DNA from: a virus
Lineage: Duplodnaviria; Caudoviricetes
Direction: 5' to 3' (one strand)
Length of the DNA: 55,178 bases
IMG/VR virus record: IMGVR_UViG_3300002001_000006
Span: 1 to 55,178 of that record
Every line of letters starts with the position of its first letter. The first letter of the stretch is position 1. Below are positions 39,021 to 47,971 of this stretch, piece after piece. The notes under the pieces were generated by a model. That model did no database searches. It was not told where the DNA came from and was given only the letters and a program-made list of their open reading frames with translations. The position numbers were made by a program, and so were the translations under genes.

Positions 39021-39323
39021 ATGGATTTTAGCAAAATAGATTTAAAAGATAATATGATTATAATCACTAATGATGATGGTTCTACAACTTGTATTGCAGA
39101 AGTGATTGCAAACGTAGAACAACAAGCCTTATTTACAGAATTTAGGGCAGAATATCCAAACGGAAAGCTAGTTGTTCCAGTTGTACCACAAACACCAGTT
39201 CCAACAGAAACAGAAATACTTCAACAACAATTAAAAGATTCACAAGAACGGACAACATTGTTAAATAATAGCTTAAATCAATTCATGAATTATATTTTTA
39301 TGAATATTCCAACTTTACAATAA
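39021..39323 (+). CDS. Tail fibre-associated protein (XkdW-like position)
   Basis: Synteny; PTE.E.L coiled-coil end. Confidence 0.55.
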   Translation: MDFSKIDLKDNMIIITNDDGSTTCIAEVIANVEQQALFTEFRAEYPNGKLVVPVVPQTPVPTETEILQQQLKDSQERTTLLNNSLNQFMNYIFMNIPTLQ

Positions 39324-39361
39324 TAAAATACACTAGATATAATAGAAAGAAGGTTTTAATA

Positions 39362-39844
39362 ATGTCAATTTTAGGATTCAGAACTTCAACTTATGCTACA
39401 GCAATATATTTAGATGGAACTGATAGGCTAACTGCAAGGGACGGGTATACAGGAGTTGCAGCAGGGTATTATACACCAGTAGAACAATATGCGGCTAATC
39501 TTAACAATGTCCAAAACCCAGTGGTAATTAAAAAAGCTAATATAGATAACGCACTTGTACAAGGTTGGATAAATCAGCAAGAGTATAATGAAACAATTGC
39601 ATTTATTCCAGTAACTCCACCAACACCTAATGTTACAAATGACGATACTTTAAATACAGTAACAGGGATGGCAATAGGTATGGAATATAATTTAGATAAT
39701 GTTGGATATGTTCCATACGATGCAACAACATTTAATGCAATAGACTTTAGTGGAAACCATACACTATTAGTAAGAGTAGCTGCAAGTGGTATAAATCCAC
39801 CAAGTGCGGTTGTGACATTAACATTTACAACTAATCTAGTATAA
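39362..39844 (+). CDS. XkdX-like protein fused to a DUF4073-like beta domain
   Basis: AL..GWI..QEY.E followed by PNVT.DD..NTVTG....MEY..D...Y..Y. Confidence 0.6.
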   Translation: MSILGFRTSTYATAIYLDGTDRLTARDGYTGVAAGYYTPVEQYAANLNNVQNPVVIKKANIDNALVQGWINQQEYNETIAFIPVTPPTPNVTNDDTLNTVTGMAIGMEYNLDNVGYVPYDATTFNAIDFSGNHTLLVRVAASGINPPSAVVTLTFTTNLV

Positions 39845-39849
39845 ATAAT

Positions 39850-39891
39850 AAAAGAGAGATAGATGGCAACCGAACATCTATCTCTCTTTTT
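39850..39891. terminator. Strong bidirectional terminator
   Basis: aaaagagagatagatg / catctatctctctttt. Confidence 0.85.
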
Positions 39892-39994
39892 AATATCTAA
39901 TTAAAGATATTCTTAGTATTATAACCAACTATTTTAATATTATACTTTAAAAATCACTTAACATAAGGTAAAATAATGGTAGGAGGTGGTATTT

Positions 39995-40054
39995 ATGCCA
40001 AAACGGACTAAAATACATACAAATTGTAGTTGGGGGGGTGTTTTATGTACCTAA
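39995..40054 (+). CDS. 19-aa leader peptide overlapping the first lysis gene
   Basis: RBS aggaggtg; MPKRTKIHTNCSWGGVLCT*. Confidence 0.35.
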   Translation: MPKRTKIHTNCSWGGVLCT

Positions 40055-40395
40055 CACAATCAACTATGACAATTATTATTGCAGTAGCTAGTGCGGTTAT
40101 TGCTATTTTAACATACAAAAGATATAGAGATAATGATAAAAAAGAAGAAATAGGGCAAGCATATTCAAACCAAACTCGAACAGGGATGCAATTAGATATT
40201 ATAAGCACAAATATAAATAATATTGCATTAGATATTAAAGATTTAAAAGCAGATATCAAGACGCAAGATGGTAAAATAAATGGTATTGATACAAGATTAG
40301 TACGAGTTGAGGAAAGCACAAAATCAGCACATAAAAGAATTGATGATGCGGAAAGCATAAAATTAAGAGAACATATTGAGAAAGAAGGAATGTAA
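40045..40395 (+). CDS. Holin-associated TM/coiled-coil protein
   Basis: N-terminal TM; RL..VEESTKSAHKRID. Confidence 0.7.
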   Translation: MYLTQSTMTIIIAVASAVIAILTYKRYRDNDKKEEIGQAYSNQTRTGMQLDIISTNINNIALDIKDLKADIKTQDGKINGIDTRLVRVEESTKSAHKRIDDAESIKLREHIEKEGM

Positions 40396-40396
40396 A

Positions 40397-40888
40397 ATGA
40401 AAGAATTAATAATTAACCAAATTGCACCTATTGTAAGCACTTCTTTAATAGCTATTTTAATTATTATAATTAAAGCTATTAGACAACCAGCTATAGACTT
40501 ATTTATAAGTAAAAAAAATGAGGTAGAACAAAGAATAATTGCATCCGGGCATGAACAGGAATTAAAAGAAGCTAAAGAGGTTTGGAATATTATAGAGGAA
40601 AAATTTAGAATTACTGAAAATGCTAGTGCGGTATTAAATTCAAAGGCAAATGAATTTGACAACTTATTATTACAACGCATTCCAGGGCTAACCCAAACTA
40701 ATTTAGATAATTTAAGACAAGCTATAGCTGGAGAAGTAAATAAAGGTAAAGCAGTAATAGTTGCAGATGATTCAAGTACACAAATTTCAATACTACAACA
40801 AACAAATGCTCAACTAGTAATAGATAAGGCGAATTTACAAGCAAAGATAAATCAAATAAATAGTACATTAAATAATGTACAAGCTTAA
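40397..40888 (+). CDS. Putative holin
   Basis: One TM plus helical tail, immediately upstream of the lysin. Confidence 0.6.
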   Translation: MKELIINQIAPIVSTSLIAILIIIIKAIRQPAIDLFISKKNEVEQRIIASGHEQELKEAKEVWNIIEEKFRITENASAVLNSKANEFDNLLLQRIPGLTQTNLDNLRQAIAGEVNKGKAVIVADDSSTQISILQQTNAQLVIDKANLQAKINQINSTLNNVQA

Positions 40889-40948
40889 TTTTATAGGGTA
40901 GCCTTTAATTAGACTACCTTTTAATATTTAATGAAAGGAAGTAATAAA

Positions 40949-41707
40949 ATGATGATAGGACTTAGGGCAGGCCATTCGGATAATTGCGAGGGTGCAGTAG
41001 GAATAGTTAATGAACATGATCAAATGAAATTGTATTATCAAGCAGTAAAAACATTATTAGAAGCAAATGGACATACTGTTATAGATTGTAATTCTAATGC
41101 AAATACAGAAAATGGAGAATTGAGTGAAGGTGCTACAAAAGCAAATAATAATAATTGCGATTTATTTATTTCTCTGCATATGAATTGTTATGATACTACT
41201 GCACATGGAACAGAGGTATTAGTATCTAGTACTAATTCTAAGGCTTATCCAGTAGCTCAAAAACTTGTTAGTAATTTTTCAGAATTAGGATTCACAAACA
41301 GAGGTGTTAAATTTGCATCTCTATATGAAATGAACCATATTAATTGTGGCAATTTAATATCTGAAATTTGTTTTTGTGATTCTGCAGCGGATATAACAAT
41401 ATATAATCAATATTCATGGGATAAATTAGCACATGTTTTATGTAATGCTATAGATAGTAATATTCCTAAAGATGTCGTGGCACCTATAATAGACAAAGGA
41501 TATATAGTTACTAATTATTTACCGCATTTGAATGATAGATATAATGGTGTAGATATTAATTATGTATTAGGTTACTTTGACGGTGTTAAATGCTACGTGA
41601 GAGGCAATGATAAGGGAATATGGATTGAAACTGAATATTTAGACATTGCTAAATGTAATGAATTAAAAATCGCTTTAGGTGGTTGGTTTTATTCAATTAG
41701 TAAATAA
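40949..41707 (+). CDS. Endolysin, N-acetylmuramoyl-L-alanine amidase (Amidase_3)
   Basis: AGH, GA.G...E, FISLH.N, GTEV, E.CF.D. Confidence 0.93.
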   Translation: MMIGLRAGHSDNCEGAVGIVNEHDQMKLYYQAVKTLLEANGHTVIDCNSNANTENGELSEGATKANNNNCDLFISLHMNCYDTTAHGTEVLVSSTNSKAYPVAQKLVSNFSELGFTNRGVKFASLYEMNHINCGNLISEICFCDSAADITIYNQYSWDKLAHVLCNAIDSNIPKDVVAPIIDKGYIVTNYLPHLNDRYNGVDINYVLGYFDGVKCYVRGNDKGIWIETEYLDIAKCNELKIALGGWFYSISK

Positions 41708-41712
41708 TTTTT

Positions 41713-41750
41713 AGGATATGAGATTAATTTCTTATATCCTTTATTTTTTT
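41713..41750 (+). terminator. Terminator after the lysin
   Basis: aggatatgaga / tcttatatcct plus T run. Confidence 0.75.
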
Positions 41751-41783
41751 GCCTAAATTTATAACATATGCTATAATATAAAT

Positions 41784-41862
41784 ATCCTTACACATAATCC
41801 CTTAACCCCTAAATTCTCAAACCCTTTTAAAAGCATCATTATTAATTTAGTGGTGCTTTTTT
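41784..41862 (+). ncRNA. Candidate C-rich small RNA
   Basis: TTGCCT-17-TATAAT (41749-41777) upstream, terminator at 41829-41862, no ORF, repeated CCU/CCC motifs. Confidence 0.55.
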
Positions 41863-41893
41863 AATTTTTGGTACATATAAATAACTATAACAA

Positions 41894-41945
41894 TCTTGCT
41901 AAAAATTATAAAGTTTTTATAAAAAGTTGTAATCTTTTAGCAAGA
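41894..41945. promoter_or_regulatory. Imperfect 52-bp palindrome upstream of parM (operator or centromere candidate)
   Basis: Perfect outer arms tcttgctaaaa / ttttagcaaga. Confidence 0.6.
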
Positions 41946-41989
41946 ATAAACATATATTAAATTAGAAATGCAAAGGAGATTGATAAATA

Positions 41990-42913
41990 ATGAGTAAAAC
42001 TACTCAAAACTTCGCAAAAATTAGTAATAATATTTCAGTTCATGGGCTTGATATTGGAAATGCCACTCTTATAAATGATAAAGGGCTTATATTAGATGCT
42101 AAGATAACAAATAAGGAGCCAGTAAAACAAACTGATAAAATAATAATAAATGGGAATGTTAATTATTTAGGGTTTGGTAGGTATGACACAGAATATAGAA
42201 AAGTAGCTAAAGAACATTACATTGATATGTTATACGGACTTTTGGCATTATCTACAGACACTATATATAATTATATTGGGGTGGGCTTGCCTTTAGGACA
42301 ATACAAGTCAGATAGAGAAGAGTTAATAAATTTAATATTATCCAATGACAACAGAATAGTTAAGGTTAATGATGAAATTGAAAGACCTATTATAATTAAA
42401 GATGTAGAGGTATTTCCGGAGGGTGTATCGACATTAAAAGACGATGAACAATGTATAATAATAGATTTAGGCGGAGGGACTACAGATTGCGGTCTAGTGG
42501 TCAATGAACATGGCAAAAGAAAGGTTATAAACCCTATTTCTATTCCAAAAGGAACAATTAAATTATATGAAAGTTTTGCAAATAAGCTAAATAACAAAGG
42601 GTTAGATTTAGGGTTAGAAGATGCGGAAAGAATATTAAATAGAGGTTATCTATACAAAAAAGATATGAATGATATTAATTTTGCCATGGATGAATGTAAC
42701 GAATTTATGGAAGATTTAATAAGCAGATTGCAATTAAATTATAATCTAAAAGTTTATCCTATCTCAATAACTGGCGGTGGTGGAGAACTTCTTTTTAACC
42801 AACTAAAAAATATTAAAGGCATCAAAGAAAATTTAACACTACAAGATGAACCGATAAAAGCAAATGCACGTAATTTTAAAGAACTTGCAATTTCTATTTT
42901 CGAGGAGGAATGA
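41990..42913 (+). CDS. parM: ParM/StbA-family actin-like ATPase
   Basis: Phosphate-1 GLDIGN, GLP..QY, V.PEG, phosphate-2 IIDLGGGTTD, TGGG, ANA..F. Confidence 0.92.
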   Translation: MSKTTQNFAKISNNISVHGLDIGNATLINDKGLILDAKITNKEPVKQTDKIIINGNVNYLGFGRYDTEYRKVAKEHYIDMLYGLLALSTDTIYNYIGVGLPLGQYKSDREELINLILSNDNRIVKVNDEIERPIIIKDVEVFPEGVSTLKDDEQCIIIDLGGGTTDCGLVVNEHGKRKVINPISIPKGTIKLYESFANKLNNKGLDLGLEDAERILNRGYLYKKDMNDINFAMDECNEFMEDLISRLQLNYNLKVYPISITGGGGELLFNQLKNIKGIKENLTLQDEPIKANARNFKELAISIFEEE

Positions 42914-42917
42914 ACAA

Positions 42918-43103
42918 ATGGTAAAAGCGGTAAGTTTTAAAGAAGATGAACAGGACTTAATTAATTTTATAAAAGATAAATATTTTAGTGCATATGTTAA
43001 AGGATTAATTAAAAAAGATATGGACAGTTCGGAAATTCCGAAGAGTTCAAAAGAAACTGAAAAACCTAGGGAGCCTAGAAGAAATGCCAATTTTGATATT
43101 TAA
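42918..43103 (+). CDS. ParR-like ribbon-helix-helix adaptor
   Basis: VSFK..E..L.......FSAYVK.LI.KDM with a disordered tail; directly after parM. Confidence 0.75.
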   Translation: MVKAVSFKEDEQDLINFIKDKYFSAYVKGLIKKDMDSSEIPKSSKETEKPREPRRNANFDI

Positions 43104-43126
43104 TAATTTATAGGAGATGCTTTATT

Positions 43127-43291
43127 GTGAAAAAATCAATTAAAAAATCAGATTCAAAAAGAGAGGTTACAATTTCATTTCTTTTAGAAGATTGGTTGAA
43201 AAATTCAGAAATGTTTAAAAATATCCCTAATTTTAATTTCAATGAGTATTTAATTTATTGTACTGATAAATACACTATATTACCTAAATAA
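43127..43291 (+). CDS. Third gene of the par operon (54 aa)
   Basis: RBS aggag, GTG start, manual translation. Confidence 0.55.
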   Translation: MKKSIKKSDSKREVTISFLLEDWLKNSEMFKNIPNFNFNEYLIYCTDKYTILPK

Positions 43292-43297
43292 GCCATT

Positions 43298-43330
43298 TAA
43301 AAGAGCCTACCCATTAGCGAGTAGACTTTA
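43298..43330 (-). terminator. Terminator between convergent transcripts
   Basis: Minus strand agtctac-loop-gtaggct-ctttt. Confidence 0.65.
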
Positions 43331-43390
43331 TCCATCGAACGATTATAATATAATCTTATGCAGCCACAGTTAAAAAGATGCACGATTTTA

Positions 43391-43480
43391 TTAATTATTC
43401 ACAATTAATTTACAAACTAGAGATAATACACCTAAAATTACTAAAGTATAGCCACTAATTACCCAAAGCTTATTAATCAT
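43391..43480 (-). CDS. 29-aa single-TM peptide MINKLWVISGYTLVILGVLSLVCKLIVNN
   Basis: RBS agaaagga, own promoter and terminator; missing from ORF track. Confidence 0.6.
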   Translation of the reverse strand: MINKLWVISGYTLVILGVLSLVCKLIVNN

Positions 43481-43515
43481 AATTTTCATTCCTTTCTGCA
43501 ATGGATTTGTATTTA

Positions 43516-43544
43516 TAGTATGTTCATATTTTTAATAATTATAC
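43516..43544 (-). promoter_or_regulatory. sigma-G-type promoter
   Basis: GTATA-17-CATACTA matches the Firmicute sigma-G consensus. Confidence 0.6.
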
Positions 43545-43558
43545 AAGGAGCGTTTTAT

Positions 43559-43789
43559 ATGTCAGAGTTTATTTATAATTGCAAAGATTGGATTAATAAT
43601 ATTACTAATGATGCAATAGGTAATGGATTGATAATATTAGGGACACATACGCAAGAAGTTGCAATGATAGCTATTGCATTAGGTGCTTTACTATTAATAT
43701 GCAAACATACAAAAGTATTAAGATATGGGGTTATAAGCTATATGTTAGGTTTGCTAATAGAATTAATTGGATTATCATTAATTAAATAA
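43559..43789 (+). CDS. Two-TM membrane protein
   Basis: RBS aaggag; two hydrophobic helices. Confidence 0.75.
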   Translation: MSEFIYNCKDWINNITNDAIGNGLIILGTHTQEVAMIAIALGALLLICKHTKVLRYGVISYMLGLLIELIGLSLIK

Positions 43790-43799
43790 GGGGTGTAAA

Positions 43800-44198
43800 A
43801 TGGAAATAAGTATTATATTAGATAATAAACTTGTCTATGAAAAAGAAATTAAAAACAATTTAAAAACTTTATTTAAAAACGAAACTTTTATTAAAACTCT
43901 ATGTTCAGCTTCAACCATTGCTATATGTAATACAACAATGGTATATGCAAAAGATTATTCCGACATTACTAAAAAGATGCAAGACGGATTTAATCCGCTT
44001 ATTGAGTTATTAGCGGGGTTAGGTTATCCTTTGACCTATGGAATGTTATCTATAGGTATGATAATGATAATAACAGGAAAGAAGTCAAAAGGTTTAGAGA
44101 TAATGAAGTGGGCAGCTATTGGATATATAGGATTGCAATTTGTACCTTTTATTTTAAATCTACTATTAGAAATAGGTAGAGATATGAGGTCAATGTAA
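43800..44198 (+). CDS. VirB2/TrbC pilin-like membrane protein
   Basis: Leader ending ..VYA, then helix-TM-G.K.KG-TM layout. Confidence 0.55.
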   Translation: MEISIILDNKLVYEKEIKNNLKTLFKNETFIKTLCSASTIAICNTTMVYAKDYSDITKKMQDGFNPLIELLAGLGYPLTYGMLSIGMIMIITGKKSKGLEIMKWAAIGYIGLQFVPFILNLLLEIGRDMRSM

Positions 44199-46594
44199 TG
44201 AAAGGCTTAAAAATAATACCCCATAGCACTTTAGACAACTCTAATATCAAAGACCTTACAAAAGCACTACATGAGCCTATGAGATATGCAGAACGATATA
44301 ATTTTGAATGTCTCGATACTTTATTAAAGGAAGGAGAACCAATTCAAGTTAAAAAGTTATTCAAAAGAGATACACCGAAGAAACTATTGAAGCAAAAAGA
44401 AGATACAGACCTTTTAATATTACAAAATACATTTACTTATGAAATTCAAATAACAAATAAAAGCATAGATTTTATATTGCTTAACAGAGATTTAGATAAA
44501 ATACAAAAGACATATAAAAAGTATGTTGATAAAATTAAATTTAGTGATAATATAATTGATTATCAAATACCAGTAGAGGAGAATATGAGTGTGTGCGAAA
44601 TGGTCAACAGGGATCATTTCATGTTCTCTTTAAAAACTATGTATAAAGGACTAGAACCATTAAAATATATCCTGGACCTAAAGAGAAATTTAAAAGATGA
44701 TGAAATGTTTATATATCAAGTCATAATTGAACCGCTTAACACCGATTGGTGGACCACGTATACACAAGCCTATAAAAAGTTTAAAGATGGTAAAATGCCT
44801 AAGAAATTTCAACTTAAATTAAAAGATATATTTAATATATTTGGTAATATTACACTAGATGTAGCGCTTGAACTTTTATACTGTGCAGAGGAAATTATAT
44901 TAGGGAAAGACAATGTAGAAAAAATAGACACAACTGATGATGATGTATCTATTATGAAAAAAGAAACAGGACTAAGAAATGCAACTCTAAAAAAAGGAAC
45001 CGAAAAAGGTTTTGAAGCTTCAATAAGAGGTATATGTTATTCAAAATCAGAGAGCAGACGAGATTTTTTACTTGAACAGTTTTCTAATTGTTTTGGATGT
45101 ATGGATTTAGATAACGCTTTGATTATGAAAAAAATTAAAAATACCAAAGAAAATATGAATAGGGTAAAAAACAGGGAATTGTTTTGGCATCCGCTTAATG
45201 ATTCAAAATTTATTTTAGGAGTTTCAGAATTAGAACATTTATTGCAGCTACCACAAGTGACATTGCAAAAAGAGTTAGGAATGGAAAGACTAGACTTTGC
45301 AGAAATAAAAGTACCACACGAATTACTGGAAGGGTACATTCCAATCGGACACATTTATGGTGGCAAAGGCGTGGCATATTGGAGCAAAATCAAAGACTTA
45401 TTATGTCTTAGCAAGGCTATAGTAGCAGTAAAAGGAGCGGGGAAATCAAAGTATTTTGAGAACTATGTTTATAATGCTTATCTAGGTGGGGATTGCATTG
45501 TTTATTTTGACTATATTGAAAATAATCAGAACGCATGGGAAGTTGCAAAGCATATACCTAAAAAGGATTTAGTTATATTGGATTTAAGCAAAGGATTCAC
45601 TTTCGATTATCCCGAACTTGATATATCTACAATTCCTAAAGATGATGAATATAACCGTAATATCAAGCGATTTGCAAGTGATTATTGTATGCTAATGGAA
45701 AAGTTCATTAATACTATTAATACAGGAGATGCACAGCCATTAACCGCTAATATGAGGAATATATTAATAAGCGCATGTAGTTTAACTTTTTTAGGTGGCT
45801 ATACTGATATGTATTCCATTTATAAAATTTTAACAAATTATAGATTTAGATATGTGGTAGTAGAAAAAGTTAAAAAAATGAATATATATAATGCCGATGA
45901 TTTTAGATTTGAAGTTATGAAGTCCTTAGACGATATTACAGAAGTTAAAGGGACAAAGAAGAAAATACAAGCTACCGGAACTAACGACAAAGCTGACAGG
46001 GTGTTAGATAGGTTCAACGCACTTCTTAGAGATTCAAGGACAGAGGAAATGTTATTAGGCATCAATAGAAACAATGTGAATTTTGTTGATATATTTGAAC
46101 AGAACAAAGTTGTATTGATATTAATGCCCGAAGATTATTTTACAGACTATGAATTGAAAGACATTGTAATGACTTACTTTTTATCCAGGATGAAATTAGC
46201 GGGGCAAAAACGTGCTGCAATTATAAAAGATAGAGAAAAAAGAAAAGTAGTGCATATAATGTTAGATGAAATACATCAACTAGATAATAGCACAAGTTTA
46301 ATGATTAAAAACATAGCAGAAGATAGGAAGTTCAGAACAACTTATGTATTCACTTGTCAGTTCTTAAAACAGTTTGGCAAGTTGTGGGATGCGGTAAAAG
46401 GTTGCGGCTGCCATTTTTGTTTACTTTCTGGAACTGAAAAAGAAAATTTTCAAATGCTAAAAGAAGAAATAGGTTCTAGTTTTTCATTAGATGAATTGCT
46501 TCACTTACCTATGTATCATTCAATTAACATCATTAGAGGACATTCTAAATCTTTGACCACATTTATATCTAAATTACCACCGGAGTTAAAATGA
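44198..46594 (+). CDS. VirB4/TrwB/HerA-superfamily pumping ATPase
   Basis: Walker A AVKGAGKS, Walker B IMLDE.HQ, RKF....FTCQ. Confidence 0.8.
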   Translation: MKGLKIIPHSTLDNSNIKDLTKALHEPMRYAERYNFECLDTLLKEGEPIQVKKLFKRDTPKKLLKQKEDTDLLILQNTFTYEIQITNKSIDFILLNRDLDKIQKTYKKYVDKIKFSDNIIDYQIPVEENMSVCEMVNRDHFMFSLKTMYKGLEPLKYILDLKRNLKDDEMFIYQVIIEPLNTDWWTTYTQAYKKFKDGKMPKKFQLKLKDIFNIFGNITLDVALELLYCAEEIILGKDNVEKIDTTDDDVSIMKKETGLRNATLKKGTEKGFEASIRGICYSKSESRRDFLLEQFSNCFGCMDLDNALIMKKIKNTKENMNRVKNRELFWHPLNDSKFILGVSELEHLLQLPQVTLQKELGMERLDFAEIKVPHELLEGYIPIGHIYGGKGVAYWSKIKDLLCLSKAIVAVKGAGKSKYFENYVYNAYLGGDCIVYFDYIENNQNAWEVAKHIPKKDLVILDLSKGFTFDYPELDISTIPKDDEYNRNIKRFASDYCMLMEKFINTINTGDAQPLTANMRNILISACSLTFLGGYTDMYSIYKILTNYRFRYVVVEKVKKMNIYNADDFRFEVMKSLDDITEVKGTKKKIQATGTNDKADRVLDRFNALLRDSRTEEMLLGINRNNVNFVDIFEQNKVVLILMPEDYFTDYELKDIVMTYFLSRMKLAGQKRAAIIKDREKRKVVHIMLDEIHQLDNSTSLMIKNIAEDRKFRTTYVFTCQFLKQFGKLWDAVKGCGCHFCLLSGTEKENFQMLKEEIGSSFSLDELLHLPMYHSINIIRGHSKSLTTFISKLPPELK

Positions 46595-46669
46595 GAGCCT
46601 AATTAATTTTAGGTTCTTTTTATTTATTTTCAAATATGTATTGACGCCTTTAAGTTTTGGGTGTACAAT
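46594..46669 (+). promoter_or_regulatory. Terminator plus sigma-A promoter (cassette 1)
   Basis: agagccta / taggttct stem; TTGACG-17-TACAAT. Confidence 0.75.
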
Positions 46670-46713
46670 AAATACATAGTAAGAAATAAATATTTAAAAA
46701 GGTGGTAATATTT

Positions 46714-47052
46714 ATGAAAGAATTACAAGGAACAGAAAAACAAATAGTTTGGGCCGAAGAAATTAGAACATCAATGATAAAAATGTTGGGTGAAAAAATT
46801 AACGAATTACAAGTAGATAAAAAAGCCACTAAATCAGAGGTTATGAGAAGTAGAGAATATTTTAAAGAAGCTAAAACAGTTGCAGAGGTTAGAATAGCAT
46901 ATGTAGATATATTAAGAGAAGTTGAAAATTCTTTATTACTTAAAGAAGATGCTAGATGGTTTATATCTTATAAAAATATGGATTGTGAAACTCTTCTAAT
47001 GAATTATTGCGGAGAAATGAAAGAAATAGTATTTTCAGAAGTATGCAAATAA
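46714..47052 (+). CDS. Hypothetical protein with L.GTEKQI.WA..IR motif
   Basis: First gene after a strong promoter. Confidence 0.7.
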   Translation: MKELQGTEKQIVWAEEIRTSMIKMLGEKINELQVDKKATKSEVMRSREYFKEAKTVAEVRIAYVDILREVENSLLLKEDARWFISYKNMDCETLLMNYCGEMKEIVFSEVCK

Positions 47053-47073
47053 TAAATTAAAGGTGGTAAAAAT

Positions 47074-47250
47074 ATGGAAAGATTAATGGATTTAATATCA
47101 AAAGAGTATATAACATCAGAGGAATTAGACGAATTATATGAAAGCGAGAATTGTTCAGTAGTTCCAAATGGCAACAGTGGTTTTAGGGTTGGATTTCAAT
47201 GGTATACGGTGGATATTAATGGCGAGGAATACAACGTATATGTAAAATAA
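47074..47250 (+). CDS. Small acidic protein (58 aa), paralog of 47484-47675
   Basis: Shared L..L..K...T..EL...G..WYT...VY.K. Confidence 0.65.
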   Translation: MERLMDLISKEYITSEELDELYESENCSVVPNGNSGFRVGFQWYTVDINGEEYNVYVK

Positions 47251-47307
47251 TTAATAAAGGTTTTGCAGTTCCTTAAAAACTGCAAATAAATTAAAAGAGG
47301 TGTAAGC

Positions 47308-47481
47308 ATGGCGGAAAAAGACGATAGATTGCAATTAAGACTACCAACAGAACTAAAAAAACAAGCTAAAATAAAAGCTTTAGAATTAGGATATAAAAAT
47401 GGTTCTGTATCAGATTACATTGTGGATTTATTAAAAAAAGATATTAAAGATGGCAAAATTATAATTGAGAAAGAAGGATAG
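47308..47481 (+). CDS. Ribbon-helix-helix regulator (57 aa)
   Basis: RLQLRLP.ELK....KA.......SVSDYI..LL. Confidence 0.7.
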   Translation: MAEKDDRLQLRLPTELKKQAKIKALELGYKNGSVSDYIVDLLKKDIKDGKIIIEKEG

Positions 47482-47483
47482 AT

Positions 47484-47675
47484 ATGAACAAATTACAAAA
47501 ATTATTTGACAAGAAAATTCTCACACCATCAGAGTTAACTAGAGTTCAAAATAATGAAGAAGTAATAGAACTTGAAACCCACGCATATAGCAATGAACTT
47601 AAAGGGTACAATTGGTATACTGCAACAACAGTTGACCTTAAAAAACATGACGTTTATACAAAATCAATATATTGA
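47484..47675 (+). CDS. Small protein, paralog of 47074-47250
   Basis: RBS aagga; shared motif. Confidence 0.65.
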   Translation: MNKLQKLFDKKILTPSELTRVQNNEEVIELETHAYSNELKGYNWYTATTVDLKKHDVYTKSIY

Positions 47676-47832
47676 GAAAGAAAACTTTAATTTATTAAAA
47701 GAAGAGATAGGAAATAACTTTTCACTTGATGAATTATTACATTTACCATCATTTTCAAGCCTTAATTTAATAAGGGGTAGAGAAAAGGCTATAACTAGCT
47801 TTATAACTTCATTGCCTAAAGAATTAAAGTAG
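47674..47832 (+). pseudogene. Orphan diverged copy of the last 52 codons of the VirB4-like ATPase
   Basis: EKENFNLLKEEIGNNFSLDELLHLP...LPKELK versus EKENFQMLKEEIGSSFSLDELLHLP...LPPELK. Confidence 0.88.
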
Positions 47833-47906
47833 AGCCTAATTAATTTTAGGTTCTTATTATTTATTTTAAAATAAGTATTGACATATATAGCGTAACGCCA
47901 TATAAT
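47831..47906 (+). promoter_or_regulatory. Terminator plus consensus sigma-A promoter with operator (cassette 2)
   Basis: 25 bp identical to 46594-46618; TTGACA-17-TATAAT; inverted repeat atatagcgt-a-acgccatat. Confidence 0.8.
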
Positions 47907-47971
47907 AAGATTATGGAAGTTACTTAAACCACTCACCGAAAGGGAGTTAAGGGATAAAGGGGATTTTTAAA

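Noticed and set aside
39995-40054. AgrD- or arbitrium-type signalling peptide
   Set aside because: No amphipathic leader or signal peptide, and no agrB or aimR-like gene seen
41894-41945. Hairpin-telomere (telRL) site of a linear phage-plasmid
   Set aside because: Palindrome is imperfect and I recognise no protelomerase
43559-46594. Complete conjugation system
   Set aside because: No relaxase, recognisable oriT, VirB6/VirB8 or transfer hydrolase seen
47572-47832. 86-aa ORF as a real gene
   Set aside because: No RBS; it is an off-frame read of 47484-47675 running into the orphan ATPase tail
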